From Clostridia bacterium (GTDB lineage: Bacteria; Bacillota; Clostridia; Christensenellales; CAG-138): a DNA stretch of 64,000 nucleotides. The stretch lies in contig JAVVXB010000009.1 in the NCBI GenBank assembly GCA_036651815.1, forward strand, positions 22,117-86,116, in the 5' to 3' direction. The translations under genes were made by a program, and so were the position numbers. Below the pieces are notes generated by a model that was given only the letters and a program-made list of their open reading frames with translations, did not search any database and was not told the DNA's origin. This document shows, in pieces, positions 1-9,525 of the stretch (position 1 is the first letter of the stretch; every line of letters begins with the position of its first letter).

Positions 1-375
1 ATCTTCTTGCTCTCATTTTTCCAGAGCTTATCCCGTTCTTATGAGGAAGCGGCGGCCATTGACGGCTGTCCACCCAAGAAGACCTTCTGGAAAATTATGT
101 TGCCTCTGGCACAGCCCGGCATCATCACCGTGAGTATTTTTAACTTCATCAATGTATGGAACGAATACTTCATGTCCCTGATCTTTGCCTCCGGCGACAA
201 GGTACGTCCTGTGGCAGTCGGTCTGTACAGCATGATCAACTCCATGAAGTATACGGGTGATTGGGCCGGCATGTTTGCGGCAGTCATCATCGTATTTCTG
301 CCCACGTTCATTCTGTATCTGTTCCTGTCGGATCGCGTCATTGCCGGTGTAACCGGTGGTGGAATCAAGGGCTGA
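1..375 (+). CDS. Carbohydrate ABC transporter permease (MalG-like), C-terminal part; 5' end lies outside the window
   Basis: EAA motif 'YEEAAAIDGC...FWKIMLPLAQP', 'WNEYF', terminal 'VTGGGIKG'; frame is open from base 1. Confidence 0.92.
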   Translation: MFLLSFFQSLSRSYEEAAAIDGCPPKKTFWKIMLPLAQPGIITVSIFNFINVWNEYFMSLIFASGDKVRPVAVGLYSMINSMKYTGDWAGMFAAVIIVFLPTFILYLFLSDRVIAGVTGGGIKG

Positions 376-386
376 GAGCGTAATCT

Positions 387-2381
387 ATGGCAAACATCCG
401 CAAGGGAACCATCACACTTTCTGCGTGCGCGTACCCGCAGGAAAACCCACTTCCTCGGTTGCGTGACTGTGCCTTCGACACGAATTTTATCGACAGTGGG
501 CTGCTTTCTGAGGAACGCGGAGGGTTTAATTACAGCACCGGCGTACGTGTGCTACCCTACTGCGTGCAGGATGGCTATGATCGTAGCCGTTCACAAACCA
601 AGCTGGACACGGTGGTGTTGGAGAACGACTGTTTACGGGCAACCTTCCTGCCCCGCTATGGCGGTCGACTATATTCGCTCTATCACAAAATGGAAAGTCG
701 AGAGCTGCTGTTTTCCAATCCTGTTATGCAGACAGCAAATCTCGCGGTACGGGACGCCTGGTTCTCGGGTGGGATCGAATGGAATTTGGGTCAATATGGG
801 CACAGTTCACTGACGGTAGCACCCGTGTATTTTGCCCGCATGACGGATTGCGATGGGCATGCGTTCTTGCGTATGTATGAATATGAACGCATTAAGGGTC
901 TGTTTATGCAGTTGGACTTTTATCTTCCTGAGCATGACAACCATCTTTATGTTCATGCAAAGCTGACCAACCCTCATGACACCCCCCGTTCCTTCTATTG
1001 GTGGACGAATATCGCCGTGCCATTGGAGCGCAATGTACGTGTACTCTCCGGCACCGATCAGGTGATTGCGACCATGCCGATTAGCGGCACACATGCATTG
1101 CAACACGATACGCTACCTTACCTGCACATGCTACCTGGGCATGATGCAAGTTTTCCGGAGCAGTTTCCGTTTTCTGCAGAGTATTTTTTTCAGAACCCTT
1201 CCGTACCGGAATGTGTTTGGGAAGCAGTGGCCTATAACGACGGAACTGCCTTTTATGAACGTTCCACACTGGGTATGGCCTACCGTAAGATGTTTACCTG
1301 GAGCAATCAGCCGGGCGGCCACCACTGGCAGCATCAATTATCCACGGACGATGCGCCGCTGTATCTTGAAATTCAGTCGGGCGTCAGCCGAACGCAGTTG
1401 CATGGCAGCGATCTGCCCGGCGGTGAAACCGTCCGTTTTACACAGGCCTTCGGTGGCACAACCGGTTTGAGTGCCGCATCGTTGCTCAATACTGCATTTA
1501 CATCCGCATGCAAGCAGATGTATGCAGAATTGGAGCATCGACTGCCCTATGCGAAGCTTTCCGTGCTAGACGAATCGTTCACCGCGCTGGAAACCCGGCC
1601 GCCTGAAGAAGTTCTGTTTTCCGGCAGTTGTTGTGCGGCGATCGAAGAGCTACGTGATGATCATTTTATTCCACATGGACTACTCTTTTCCCACGCATAT
1701 ACCCCCGCAGAGGAAGATTGGGCAACGTTCGCTGTCACCGGCACGCTTCCAGAGCTGACGCGGGACGGTTTTCCCGTCTATGTAACTGATGAAGCTTGGT
1801 TGCCACGGTTCGAACGGGCCTATGCGCAGGGCGGTCAACCGCAAGCTTCGTTCTTTCTCGCATTGGCTCTGCATGAAAGCGGATGCTTCCAGCGCGCGGC
1901 GCTGCTGTTCCAACAAGCGGCTGTGGAAATGAACCTGCCAGTGTGCTGGCGGACGCTTGCCATGCACGAGTTAGCGCGTGGAGAAGCCCCCCATGCCTAT
2001 CGTGCCATGGAACGTGCCATTGCCGCAGGCGCGCAGCATCCTGCATATTTTGCAGAGTATCTGGTGTTGCTCAACGCACTTCAGCGTTACGAGCAGGCAT
2101 GGTTTGTATTTGAATCCGCGCCTGAACCCGCCAAGCAAGATGAGCACGTACGGTTACAAGCTGCAAAAGCAGCGCTTGCTTTAAACAGGTTAGACTTCCT
2201 TTCGGCGTTTTTATCCGGAGATTATGCCGGCATTCGAGAAGGCGAAGTTTCGCTGACCGAGTTGTGGTATGGACTACGCGCAAAGCAGCTCGTTCATGCA
2301 CACCCGATTTCCGAAGAAGATGCGCTGCTTCTTGCACAGAATGAAACACCTCCCTATCGTATTGATTTCAGAACCAATTAG
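387..2381 (+). CDS. DUF5107-like protein (mutarotase-like N-terminal domain plus TPR-like helical C-terminus)
   Basis: 'VVLENDCLRATFLPRYGGRLYSL...LLFSNPV...NLAVRDAWFSGGIEWN' and 'YWWTNIAV' are typical of this family; Ala-rich helical C-terminus; 11 bp after the permease. Confidence 0.75.
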   Translation: MANIRKGTITLSACAYPQENPLPRLRDCAFDTNFIDSGLLSEERGGFNYSTGVRVLPYCVQDGYDRSRSQTKLDTVVLENDCLRATFLPRYGGRLYSLYHKMESRELLFSNPVMQTANLAVRDAWFSGGIEWNLGQYGHSSLTVAPVYFARMTDCDGHAFLRMYEYERIKGLFMQLDFYLPEHDNHLYVHAKLTNPHDTPRSFYWWTNIAVPLERNVRVLSGTDQVIATMPISGTHALQHDTLPYLHMLPGHDASFPEQFPFSAEYFFQNPSVPECVWEAVAYNDGTAFYERSTLGMAYRKMFTWSNQPGGHHWQHQLSTDDAPLYLEIQSGVSRTQLHGSDLPGGETVRFTQAFGGTTGLSAASLLNTAFTSACKQMYAELEHRLPYAKLSVLDESFTALETRPPEEVLFSGSCCAAIEELRDDHFIPHGLLFSHAYTPAEEDWATFAVTGTLPELTRDGFPVYVTDEAWLPRFERAYAQGGQPQASFFLALALHESGCFQRAALLFQQAAVEMNLPVCWRTLAMHELARGEAPHAYRAMERAIAAGAQHPAYFAEYLVLLNALQRYEQAWFVFESAPEPAKQDEHVRLQAAKAALALNRLDFLSAFLSGDYAGIREGEVSLTELWYGLRAKQLVHAHPISEEDALLLAQNETPPYRIDFRTN

Positions 2382-2739
2382 CGAATGCCGTTTTGCGGCC
2401 GATTACATGTATCCATACATTTAGAGCATGCTTCAATAATAGCCTTTAATAGACTTTTTGGTTTTGATTGGAAATCTTGTCAGGTCAAGCGGAAAATGTG
2501 TAGGTTTTCGACGGTAAAACTACGACTATGCGCGCAGAAACGGTAAGAAAGCCACCGAATAACGTTTCTATCCGGCACGGCATGGATTTGTGAGCCGCTA
2601 CTCTCATGTCCTCAATCAAAAAATGTCGCGTCTGCGCTAACCTATTTCGCTTCCTACCATTTCCCCATCGTTGGCCACGCAGACCAGGTTACTTTTACAC
2701 CAAACTCCCGATCATTATAGAAGACAGAGGTCATTCTCA

Positions 2740-3843
2740 ATGGATATTCAAGCACTTGCGGAAATTATGGCGGATCTTTTTGCAACCGCCGGAGCACGCA
2801 TGACCATCGCCCCCTATGGCAATGGTCATATCAACGACACCTTCCTGCTGGTCACCCATGCGCCAACCGGACAGCAACGCTATATTCTACAGCGGCTCAA
2901 CGGCAGCGTGTTTCTGCATCCTAAGGAAGTAATGGAAAACATCATTGGCGTCACGCATTACTTAGCAGAACAGAAAAAATTACACGACGATTTAACCCGC
3001 ATGCAGGTGCTGACGCTTGTTCCGGCAAAAAGCGGCGCGCCCTATCTAACGGATACGGATGGTAACGTCTGGCGGCTATATGATTTTGTCGAACACACGG
3101 TTTCTCACGAAAAGCCAGACTCTCCTGAATGGTTTGAAAACTCCGGTTGCGGCTTTGGCGATTTTTTTCGTCTGCTTGGCAGCTATCCGGCAAAAACCCT
3201 GCACGAAACCATCGTTAACTTTCACAATACTCCCGTCCGTCTTGCGCAGTTAGAGGATGCCATTGCACGAGATCCCATGGGACGAGTGAAGGAAGTGTCG
3301 TCTGAAATCGCATTTGTTAAGGGACATCGGGATTTGATCTCAGCACTGCGTAGCCAGCTGGAAGATGGGTCATTGCCGCTGCGCGTAACACACAATGACA
3401 CCAAGCTCAACAATGTTTTGCTTGATGAGCAAACCGGAGAAAGTGTATGCGTGATCGATCTCGATACCGTCATGCCAGGCTTGATTGCTTATGATTTCGG
3501 CGATTCCATTCGCTTTGGTACCAATACCGCCGCCGAAGATGAACAGGACTTGCGCAAATGTCATTTTTCAATGGAATTGTATGAAGCCTTCGCGCGTGGA
3601 TATCTGGCGCATGCAGGCAGCGCGCTAACGGACGCAGAGGTTCTTTCCCTACCCATGGGTGCGATTCTCATGACGCTTGAATGCGGAATTCGCTTTCTAG
3701 CTGACCATATAAACGGCGATGTTTACTTTAAAATTCACCGTGAGGGTCATAACCTCGACCGTTGTCGTACCCAGTTCAAGTTGGTCGCAGAGATGGTTGC
3801 TCAACGTGAAAAAATGGAACAGATCGTACTGTCCCTGCATTGA
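2740..3843 (+). CDS. APH-family phosphotransferase, N-acetylhexosamine 1-kinase (NahK)-like
   Basis: Motifs GHINDT, LQRLN, THNDTKLNN, VIDLDT, DFGDSIR; ATG 2740 follows AGAGG. Confidence 0.8.
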   Translation: MDIQALAEIMADLFATAGARMTIAPYGNGHINDTFLLVTHAPTGQQRYILQRLNGSVFLHPKEVMENIIGVTHYLAEQKKLHDDLTRMQVLTLVPAKSGAPYLTDTDGNVWRLYDFVEHTVSHEKPDSPEWFENSGCGFGDFFRLLGSYPAKTLHETIVNFHNTPVRLAQLEDAIARDPMGRVKEVSSEIAFVKGHRDLISALRSQLEDGSLPLRVTHNDTKLNNVLLDEQTGESVCVIDLDTVMPGLIAYDFGDSIRFGTNTAAEDEQDLRKCHFSMELYEAFARGYLAHAGSALTDAEVLSLPMGAILMTLECGIRFLADHINGDVYFKIHREGHNLDRCRTQFKLVAEMVAQREKMEQIVLSLH

Positions 3844-3955
3844 CGCTGTTCATCCCATATTCTCCCGCCACATGCTGTGCGCAAATCCTCTTTTGTGTGC
3901 AAATGCGGCGGGAGGTTTTGCATGTATCCCTTAATGAACAGTCGCTTCGTAACTT

Positions 3956-4813
3956 TCAAGAATCACTGCTGCCAAAGACCTTCTTCATGAATGCTTCGGT
4001 ACTCAGGTCACCGGGTCGATTGAATCGGCCCAGTCCCCAAAGACTAGCAAAATCACCCACCTTTACGCAACTGATGGATTCATAACAGGTAAGTGTGCCG
4101 ACAAAGCCCATCTCCTTAAGTAGGGACCGGCTCAGTCGATCGATGATACCAAATGGATAGGTAAAGAACTTCGGCGTGATGCCGCAGCGATTGGTCAGTT
4201 CCGTCTGGAGGCGCTGTACATCGGCCGTGAAAACCTTTGTATATTCGGCATCGCTTTCGCCCTTTTTGCGTGCGCTGCCCATGCGACCTTTTTGCCCGTG
4301 CATATCCCAGGAATGGTTTTGAATTTCAAAGCGTTCGTTCAGCATCAGCGCTCGAATATCCAACCAGGTTACATGGGCATAGCTTGGATTTGGATCAGGG
4401 GTTTCCGAAAAGCGTTGGGTATAGGCGCCCACGACGGAAAGAACCGCCCGGCAATCGTACTCCTCTAGGATTGGCAACACATACGTCAGGTTGTTGAGAT
4501 ATCCGTCATCAAAGGTCAATACGACGGGTTTGTCAGGCAATGTCCCGATGCCTTCCACGTAATCAGTGAGATCCTGCATGACCACGGTTTCATAGCCGTT
4601 GTCAAGCAGATAAGCAATGTCCTGCCGCAGCCGATCCGGCGTTACAATAAACTTGCAGGTGCGTGCAGGATCCTTCAGAACGCTGTGATACATCAGGATC
4701 GGAACAGCACAGCTCTCGCCCTCCACCGTCTTGATCACAGGCATCGCTCTCGTACAACCGACGAGAGACAGCAGCAGCGCACAGGCACAAAAACAGATCC
4801 ACAATCGTTTCAT
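3956..4813 (-). CDS. Lipoprotein polysaccharide deacetylase (CE4/NodB family)
   Basis: Signal peptide MKRLW...LVGC (lipobox); PILMYH, TFDDGY, NHSWDMH and YPFG motifs; start moved to ATG 4813. Confidence 0.88.
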   Translation of the reverse strand: MKRLWICFCACALLLSLVGCTRAMPVIKTVEGESCAVPILMYHSVLKDPARTCKFIVTPDRLRQDIAYLLDNGYETVVMQDLTDYVEGIGTLPDKPVVLTFDDGYLNNLTYVLPILEEYDCRAVLSVVGAYTQRFSETPDPNPSYAHVTWLDIRALMLNERFEIQNHSWDMHGQKGRMGSARKKGESDAEYTKVFTADVQRLQTELTNRCGITPKFFTYPFGIIDRLSRSLLKEMGFVGTLTCYESISCVKVGDFASLWGLGRFNRPGDLSTEAFMKKVFGSSDS

Positions 4814-4819
4814 ACACAA

Positions 4820-4846
4820 AAGATATGCCTGAATCCATCCGTTTAT
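4820..4846 (-). promoter_or_regulatory. Candidate sigmaE-type sporulation promoter for the deacetylase
   Basis: Minus strand ATA-N16-CATATCTT, 6 nt before the ATG; resembles the sigmaE consensus ATA-N16-CATAcanT. Confidence 0.4.
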
Positions 4847-5086
4847 GTTGCGGTCGCAGACAGGTATGGTATAATCAAAAAATATACTATATCGGTTAGG
4901 GTGTGTTTTAAAATTTCCAAAAAGCGTGTTCAGTAGCATTTTTGTCAACTCTGTGTCCATACTCCTGAATTTTCCGCCAATTCGTCTTCGAATTCACCGC
5001 TTAAACTGACAAAAAGATTCACTGGAAAATGCAAATTCTTCTTTTAAAAACACGACCTTGAGTAAAAAATTGGGGGGATTATTTGA

Positions 5087-5821
5087 ATGCACAATTTTGA
5101 TGTCAACGATGTTTTCCTGTATGTCATCGTCGCAGTAGTTATCGTGTTTGTCATTCTGGAATCGCTGGTGTTTCTGATCAAAGCATGGAAACGAGGCAAG
5201 CAGATCGGCATGGACACGGCGATATTGAAAAAAACCGTAGCAACCAGCGCAATTTTCACTATTGCGCCTGCCTTCGCCATTCTGCTTGGCGTCATTGCGC
5301 TGAGCAAGTCGCTGGGTTTTCCGCTGCCCTGGCTCCGGTTGTCGGTCATTGGTGCGCTGACGTATGAAACCACCGCTGCAGCCAGCGCCGCTGCAGCGCT
5401 TGGGCACACACTCTCACAAAAGATTACCGATCCAAAGGTCTATTCTGCCATTGCTTGGGTCATGACGCTCGGCATCATTCCCGGTCTGGTGCTTGTCCCG
5501 TTCATCGGCAAAAAGCTGGAAAACGGTATGATCAAACTCAAGAGCAAGGATCAGAAATGGGGCGACATTTTCATGTCCGGTCTGTTTCTTGGTATGATTA
5601 GTGCCTTCCTTGGCGTAGTGTTTGCCACCGTCAATCTGGGACTTGTCGGTTGGATTCCGGTTTTCGTCATGCTAGCAGCGGCAATATTGATGCTCCTGTG
5701 TGGGCTGATCCGTAAACTGACCAACGCACGATGGATTGAGGATTATGCCCTGCCCATCAGCATGCTCGGCGGTATGGCGCTGAGCATCCCGATTACCAGC
5801 TTAATCACATCCATCGCGTAA
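5087..5821 (+). CDS. DUF5058-family integral membrane protein
   Basis: Multi-TM; 'LGFPLPWLRLSVIGALTYETTAA' matches the family pattern as I recall it; GGGGGA RBS. Confidence 0.7.
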   Translation: MHNFDVNDVFLYVIVAVVIVFVILESLVFLIKAWKRGKQIGMDTAILKKTVATSAIFTIAPAFAILLGVIALSKSLGFPLPWLRLSVIGALTYETTAAASAAAALGHTLSQKITDPKVYSAIAWVMTLGIIPGLVLVPFIGKKLENGMIKLKSKDQKWGDIFMSGLFLGMISAFLGVVFATVNLGLVGWIPVFVMLAAAILMLLCGLIRKLTNARWIEDYALPISMLGGMALSIPITSLITSIA

Positions 5822-5834
5822 GGGAGTGAAAGAA

Positions 5835-6503
5835 ATGAAAAGTCAAATGGAAAGAACCTATCGCGATTCAATGCACTTCACCGGCCGTATTTGGTCGTTC
5901 TGTGCGCTACTCATGCTGCTGGCCGTGCCTGCCGCCATCTGCGTTTACTATAATGCATGGCCGCCGATCTCCGGTGTACTCAAGGGTTTTATCAGTGTTG
6001 CACCCATCTTCTGGACAGTCGGGACCATTGAGGTCATCACCTATGTCCCCATGTTGGGCACGGGCGGCTCCTATCTTGGCTTTGTAACCGGGAACCTGTC
6101 GAACCTTAAGGTTCCCTGTGCCCTCAATGCTATGGAACGTGCTTCCGTTCGCCAGGGTACGGACGAAGGCGAGGTCATTTCCACCATCTCCATTGCCACA
6201 AGTGCCATTGTTACCACGGTGATCATCGCGCTGGGCGTGCTGCTGCTGGCGCAAATCCGGCCGTTTCTTGAAAGCACACTGATGCAACCTGCTTTTGACA
6301 ATATCTTGCCGGCGCTGTTTGGCGGTCTGGCGGTGGTCTATGTATCAAAAAACTGGAAAATTGCTCTTGCGCCGCTGATATTTATGGTGGTATTGTTCAT
6401 CTGCGTTCCTTCCCTCACGGGATTGGTCGGTATCCTGGTGCCGGTCGGCGCACTCATCGCCATTGGCGTTGCACGGATTCTCTACCGCAAGGGGCTATTA
6501 TAA
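5835..6503 (+). CDS. Integral membrane protein, partner of the DUF5058 protein (putative second transporter subunit)
   Basis: Multi-TM; 'GSYLGFVTGNLSNLKVPCA...GTDEGEVISTISIA'; AAGGGAG RBS overlaps the upstream stop. Confidence 0.7.
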   Translation: MKSQMERTYRDSMHFTGRIWSFCALLMLLAVPAAICVYYNAWPPISGVLKGFISVAPIFWTVGTIEVITYVPMLGTGGSYLGFVTGNLSNLKVPCALNAMERASVRQGTDEGEVISTISIATSAIVTTVIIALGVLLLAQIRPFLESTLMQPAFDNILPALFGGLAVVYVSKNWKIALAPLIFMVVLFICVPSLTGLVGILVPVGALIAIGVARILYRKGLL

Positions 6504-6616
6504 TACGTTCTGCGGTAAGAACAGCGTTTCAATCATTGCCGCAAATTCAGGCCTATCTTATGTAAACGAGATCGGTCTACAGATGAAGAAAATGATATGG
6601 ATGGAGGAAAACAGAT

Positions 6617-8068
6617 ATGTTCTCATCATGGAATCTGCTGTGGATTATCCCAGCAGGACTGCTCGCATTGTGGCTAATCGTCATTCTAGTGCGCGCCATT
6701 TCATTCCGACCCAAGGTTCAAGCCGCACCGGCTGTGGACGAGGCGGAAGTGGATGAAAACCGCGCCATCGAATCGCTGCAAAAAATGATCCAGTGCAAAA
6801 CAATTTCGTACTTTGACGAGGCTTTAATCGACGAAAGCGAGTTCGACCGCTTCCGTGCACTGCTGGTGGAACGGTTTCCGCGTGTATATGCGGCGTGCAA
6901 GTTCGAGCGCATTGGTCAATCCGGCCTACTCTATACGCTGAAAGGCAAGAAGTCGGATTTACCAAGCGTCTTTATGGCACATTACGATGTAGTACCCGCC
7001 AACGAAGAACAATGGGCAAAGCCCGCATTTGACGGGATCATGGAGGATGACGTTCTCTGGGGACGCGGCACACTGGATACCAAGGGTACGCTTAACGGCG
7101 TGATGGAAGCAGCGGAGATCCTGCTATCGAAGGGCTTTGAACCAAAACAGGATCTATATTTCGCTTTTGCCGGAGACGAGGAGGTTGCGGGCGCAACGCA
7201 GCCCACCATTGTTGAAACGCTGCGGGCGCGCGGCATCAAACCCGCCATCGTTGTCGATGAAGGCGGCGCGGTTGTTGAAAATATATTCCCCGGCGTAAAG
7301 CAGCCCTGTGCGCTGATTGGCATCGGAGAAAAGGGCATGATGAATGCCACAATGACCATCGAGGGTGCGGGCGGTCACGCAAGTGCGCCACCGGCTCATA
7401 CCAGCATTGGGTTGTTGTCCAGAGCCATTACTGAAATTGAAGGCCATCCATTTTCGCGGAAGCTGACCAAGCCCGTTGCTGAGATGTTTGATACACTGGG
7501 CCGGCACAGCAGCTTTGCTTATCGCTTAATTTTCAGTAATCTCTGGTGCTTTATGCCCTTACTGGACAGCATCTGCAAAAAATCCGGCGGTGAACTCAAT
7601 GGCATGATGCGCACCACCTGTGCGTTTACACAAATGGAGGGCAGCGAGGCAATCAACGTGCTACCGCCAAAAGCAAGCGTCGGTGCAAACTTGCGCATCA
7701 TCGGCGGCGAAACACCTCAATCTGCATTGGCCCATCTTAAAAAGCTTGCGGACTGCGAACAGATCCGTTTCAAAGATGCGTACAGCATGGCACCCAGCCC
7801 GTTCTCAGAGACCACCGGTGAAGCTTGGGATAAACTAACTGCGGCCGTACAGAACACCTGGCCGGAAGCACTGATTTCACCGTATCTCATGATTGCGTGC
7901 TCGGACTCCAGGCATTATTGCGCCATCAGCGACCATGTATACCGGTTTTCCGCCATGGCTCTGAGTACGGAAGAGCGCAGTTATATCCATGGCAATAACG
8001 AGCGCATACCCATCAAAAAGATCGTCAAGACGGTACAGTTCTATCTGCGACTCATGCGGTCGTTATAG
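6617..8068 (+). CDS. M20/M25/M40 metallopeptidase, membrane-anchored (PM20D1/Gly-Xaa carboxypeptidase-like)
   Basis: N-terminal TM anchor; AHYDVV, GRGTLDTK, GDEE, DEGG, GGHAS and IHGNNE motifs; GGAGGA RBS. Confidence 0.9.
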   Translation: MFSSWNLLWIIPAGLLALWLIVILVRAISFRPKVQAAPAVDEAEVDENRAIESLQKMIQCKTISYFDEALIDESEFDRFRALLVERFPRVYAACKFERIGQSGLLYTLKGKKSDLPSVFMAHYDVVPANEEQWAKPAFDGIMEDDVLWGRGTLDTKGTLNGVMEAAEILLSKGFEPKQDLYFAFAGDEEVAGATQPTIVETLRARGIKPAIVVDEGGAVVENIFPGVKQPCALIGIGEKGMMNATMTIEGAGGHASAPPAHTSIGLLSRAITEIEGHPFSRKLTKPVAEMFDTLGRHSSFAYRLIFSNLWCFMPLLDSICKKSGGELNGMMRTTCAFTQMEGSEAINVLPPKASVGANLRIIGGETPQSALAHLKKLADCEQIRFKDAYSMAPSPFSETTGEAWDKLTAAVQNTWPEALISPYLMIACSDSRHYCAISDHVYRFSAMALSTEERSYIHGNNERIPIKKIVKTVQFYLRLMRSL

Positions 8069-8111
8069 GAACCGATTCATCCATCAAAAAACAACACAGG
8101 GCTGTTCCTAG

Positions 8112-8269
8112 GGTGTGTTTCCAAAAGAAGAATTTGTGGTTTTAAGTAGATTTTTTTCATTCGTGCAAGCGGAGCATTCACCAGTTCACTGGCAGTATAT
8201 CTTGGATTATGCGCGCAGAGACCACAAAAAGGTACCAACATTTCCTTTCTGGAAATTTGGAAACACACC
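8112..8269. mobile_element. MITE-like element with 14-bp perfect terminal inverted repeats, nested in an outer 9-bp inverted repeat
   Basis: GGTGTGTTTCCAAA (8112-8125) and TTTGGAAACACACC (8256-8269); outer AGGGCTGTT (8098-8106) and AACAGCCCT (8296-8304); no coding capacity. Confidence 0.65.
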
Positions 8270-8511
8270 GCAGCAATGCAGTCGCTTTGCTCCAAAACAG
8301 CCCTAAATTGATTGCTGTCTGTTTTGCTTCGCGCCACACCAATACGGTGGTCCGCTCTATGACCATTGCAAGTGGCCAACCGCTCCGCATTCTGCCAGGT
8401 TTTAATCGAAACGTGCACACAAAGGGAAAACGTATCCCCCACCCCGGCTTGCGTGGTTGTTTTTTTGCATGCTACAATCAGGGTACTTCTAGAATCGGAG
8501 GATCTCGACAC

Positions 8512-9519
8512 ATGCATATGGCAGATGCACTGGTTTCACCAGCGGTTGGCGGCGTTATGATCGCGCTTTCGGGCGCAGCGCTTGCCTACTCGATTGTACG
8601 CAGCAAAAAAGACGACCTCATCGACGACAAAAAGGTTCCACTCATGGGTGTAATGAGCGCATTTATTTTTGCCGCACAAATGATCAATTTTACAATTCCC
8701 GGCACGGGTTCGAGCGGCCACATCGGCGGCGGTATACTGCTGGCGGCGCTCCTTGGCGGCTATCCCAGCTTTATTTGTATGACGGCCGTTCTGCTCATTC
8801 AGTCTTTGTTCTTTGCTGATGGCGGTATTCTTGCACTGGGCTGTAACATCTGGAATATGGGTTTTTATACCTGTTTTTTAACCTACCCGCTGATCTTTCG
8901 TCCCATCCTGAAAAAGAAGTGTACCCCCGGCCGGATTACCCTTGCGAGTGTGCTCTCTGTGGTCGTTGGCTTGCAGCTTGGCGCGTTCTCCGTGGTGCTG
9001 GAAACACTGCTCTCCGGCATTACGGAACTGCCCTTTGGCGCATTTGTCGCGCTCATGCAGCCCATCCATCTTGCCATTGGACTGGTCGAAGGCTTAGTCA
9101 CAGCGGCGGTTCTTGTGTTTGTCTATCAAGCACGCCCTGAGTTGATCGTCTGCGCTTCTCCCACGGAAAACAATCAGCCGCGCATGTCATTTAAAAAAAT
9201 AATTATTATTCTTGCTGTTGTTGCAGTTGTGATCGGCGGCGGACTTTCCCTCGCGGCATCTGCCAATCCGGACGGGTTGGAGTGGGCAATGCTTGGCGTC
9301 TCCGGTCAGGAAGAGCTTGGTGCAACAGGCAATATATATGACGCAGCCGCAGCAGCGCAGGAGTCTACTGCGTTCATGCCGGATTATTCCATTAAGGACA
9401 GCGACAGTCCCGCTGGCACCTCCCTTGCGGGGATTGTTGGCGGAGCAATTCTTGTGGTTGTCTCGGGCGGTGCGGCGTTCCTCATTTCCCGCTGCAAGAA
9501 AAAACGAAAGGCGGCATAA
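8512..9519 (+). CDS. cbiM: ECF-type Ni/Co transporter substrate component, CbiM/NikM fused to a PDGLE (NikN-like) domain
   Basis: N-terminal MHMAD metal-binding start after GGAGG; 'FAAQMINF', 'GSSGH', 'ADGGILALGCN', C-terminal 'NPDGLEW' and 'MPDY'. Confidence 0.9.
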   Translation: MHMADALVSPAVGGVMIALSGAALAYSIVRSKKDDLIDDKKVPLMGVMSAFIFAAQMINFTIPGTGSSGHIGGGILLAALLGGYPSFICMTAVLLIQSLFFADGGILALGCNIWNMGFYTCFLTYPLIFRPILKKKCTPGRITLASVLSVVVGLQLGAFSVVLETLLSGITELPFGAFVALMQPIHLAIGLVEGLVTAAVLVFVYQARPELIVCASPTENNQPRMSFKKIIIILAVVAVVIGGGLSLAASANPDGLEWAMLGVSGQEELGATGNIYDAAAAAQESTAFMPDYSIKDSDSPAGTSLAGIVGGAILVVVSGGAAFLISRCKKKRKAA

Positions 9520-9525
9520 ACGCTT

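Noticed and set aside
2740-3843. Aminoglycoside resistance kinase
   Set aside because: Motifs and sugar-transport context fit the NahK-like branch of the APH fold.
8270-8511. Cobalamin or NiCo riboswitch upstream of cbiMQO; also the 101-aa N-terminal extension of ORF 8209
   Set aside because: No B12 box or NiCo pattern seen; a promoter-like TTGCGT-N18-TACAAT lies just before the RBS, and CbiM/NikM needs the free MH N-terminus at 8512.
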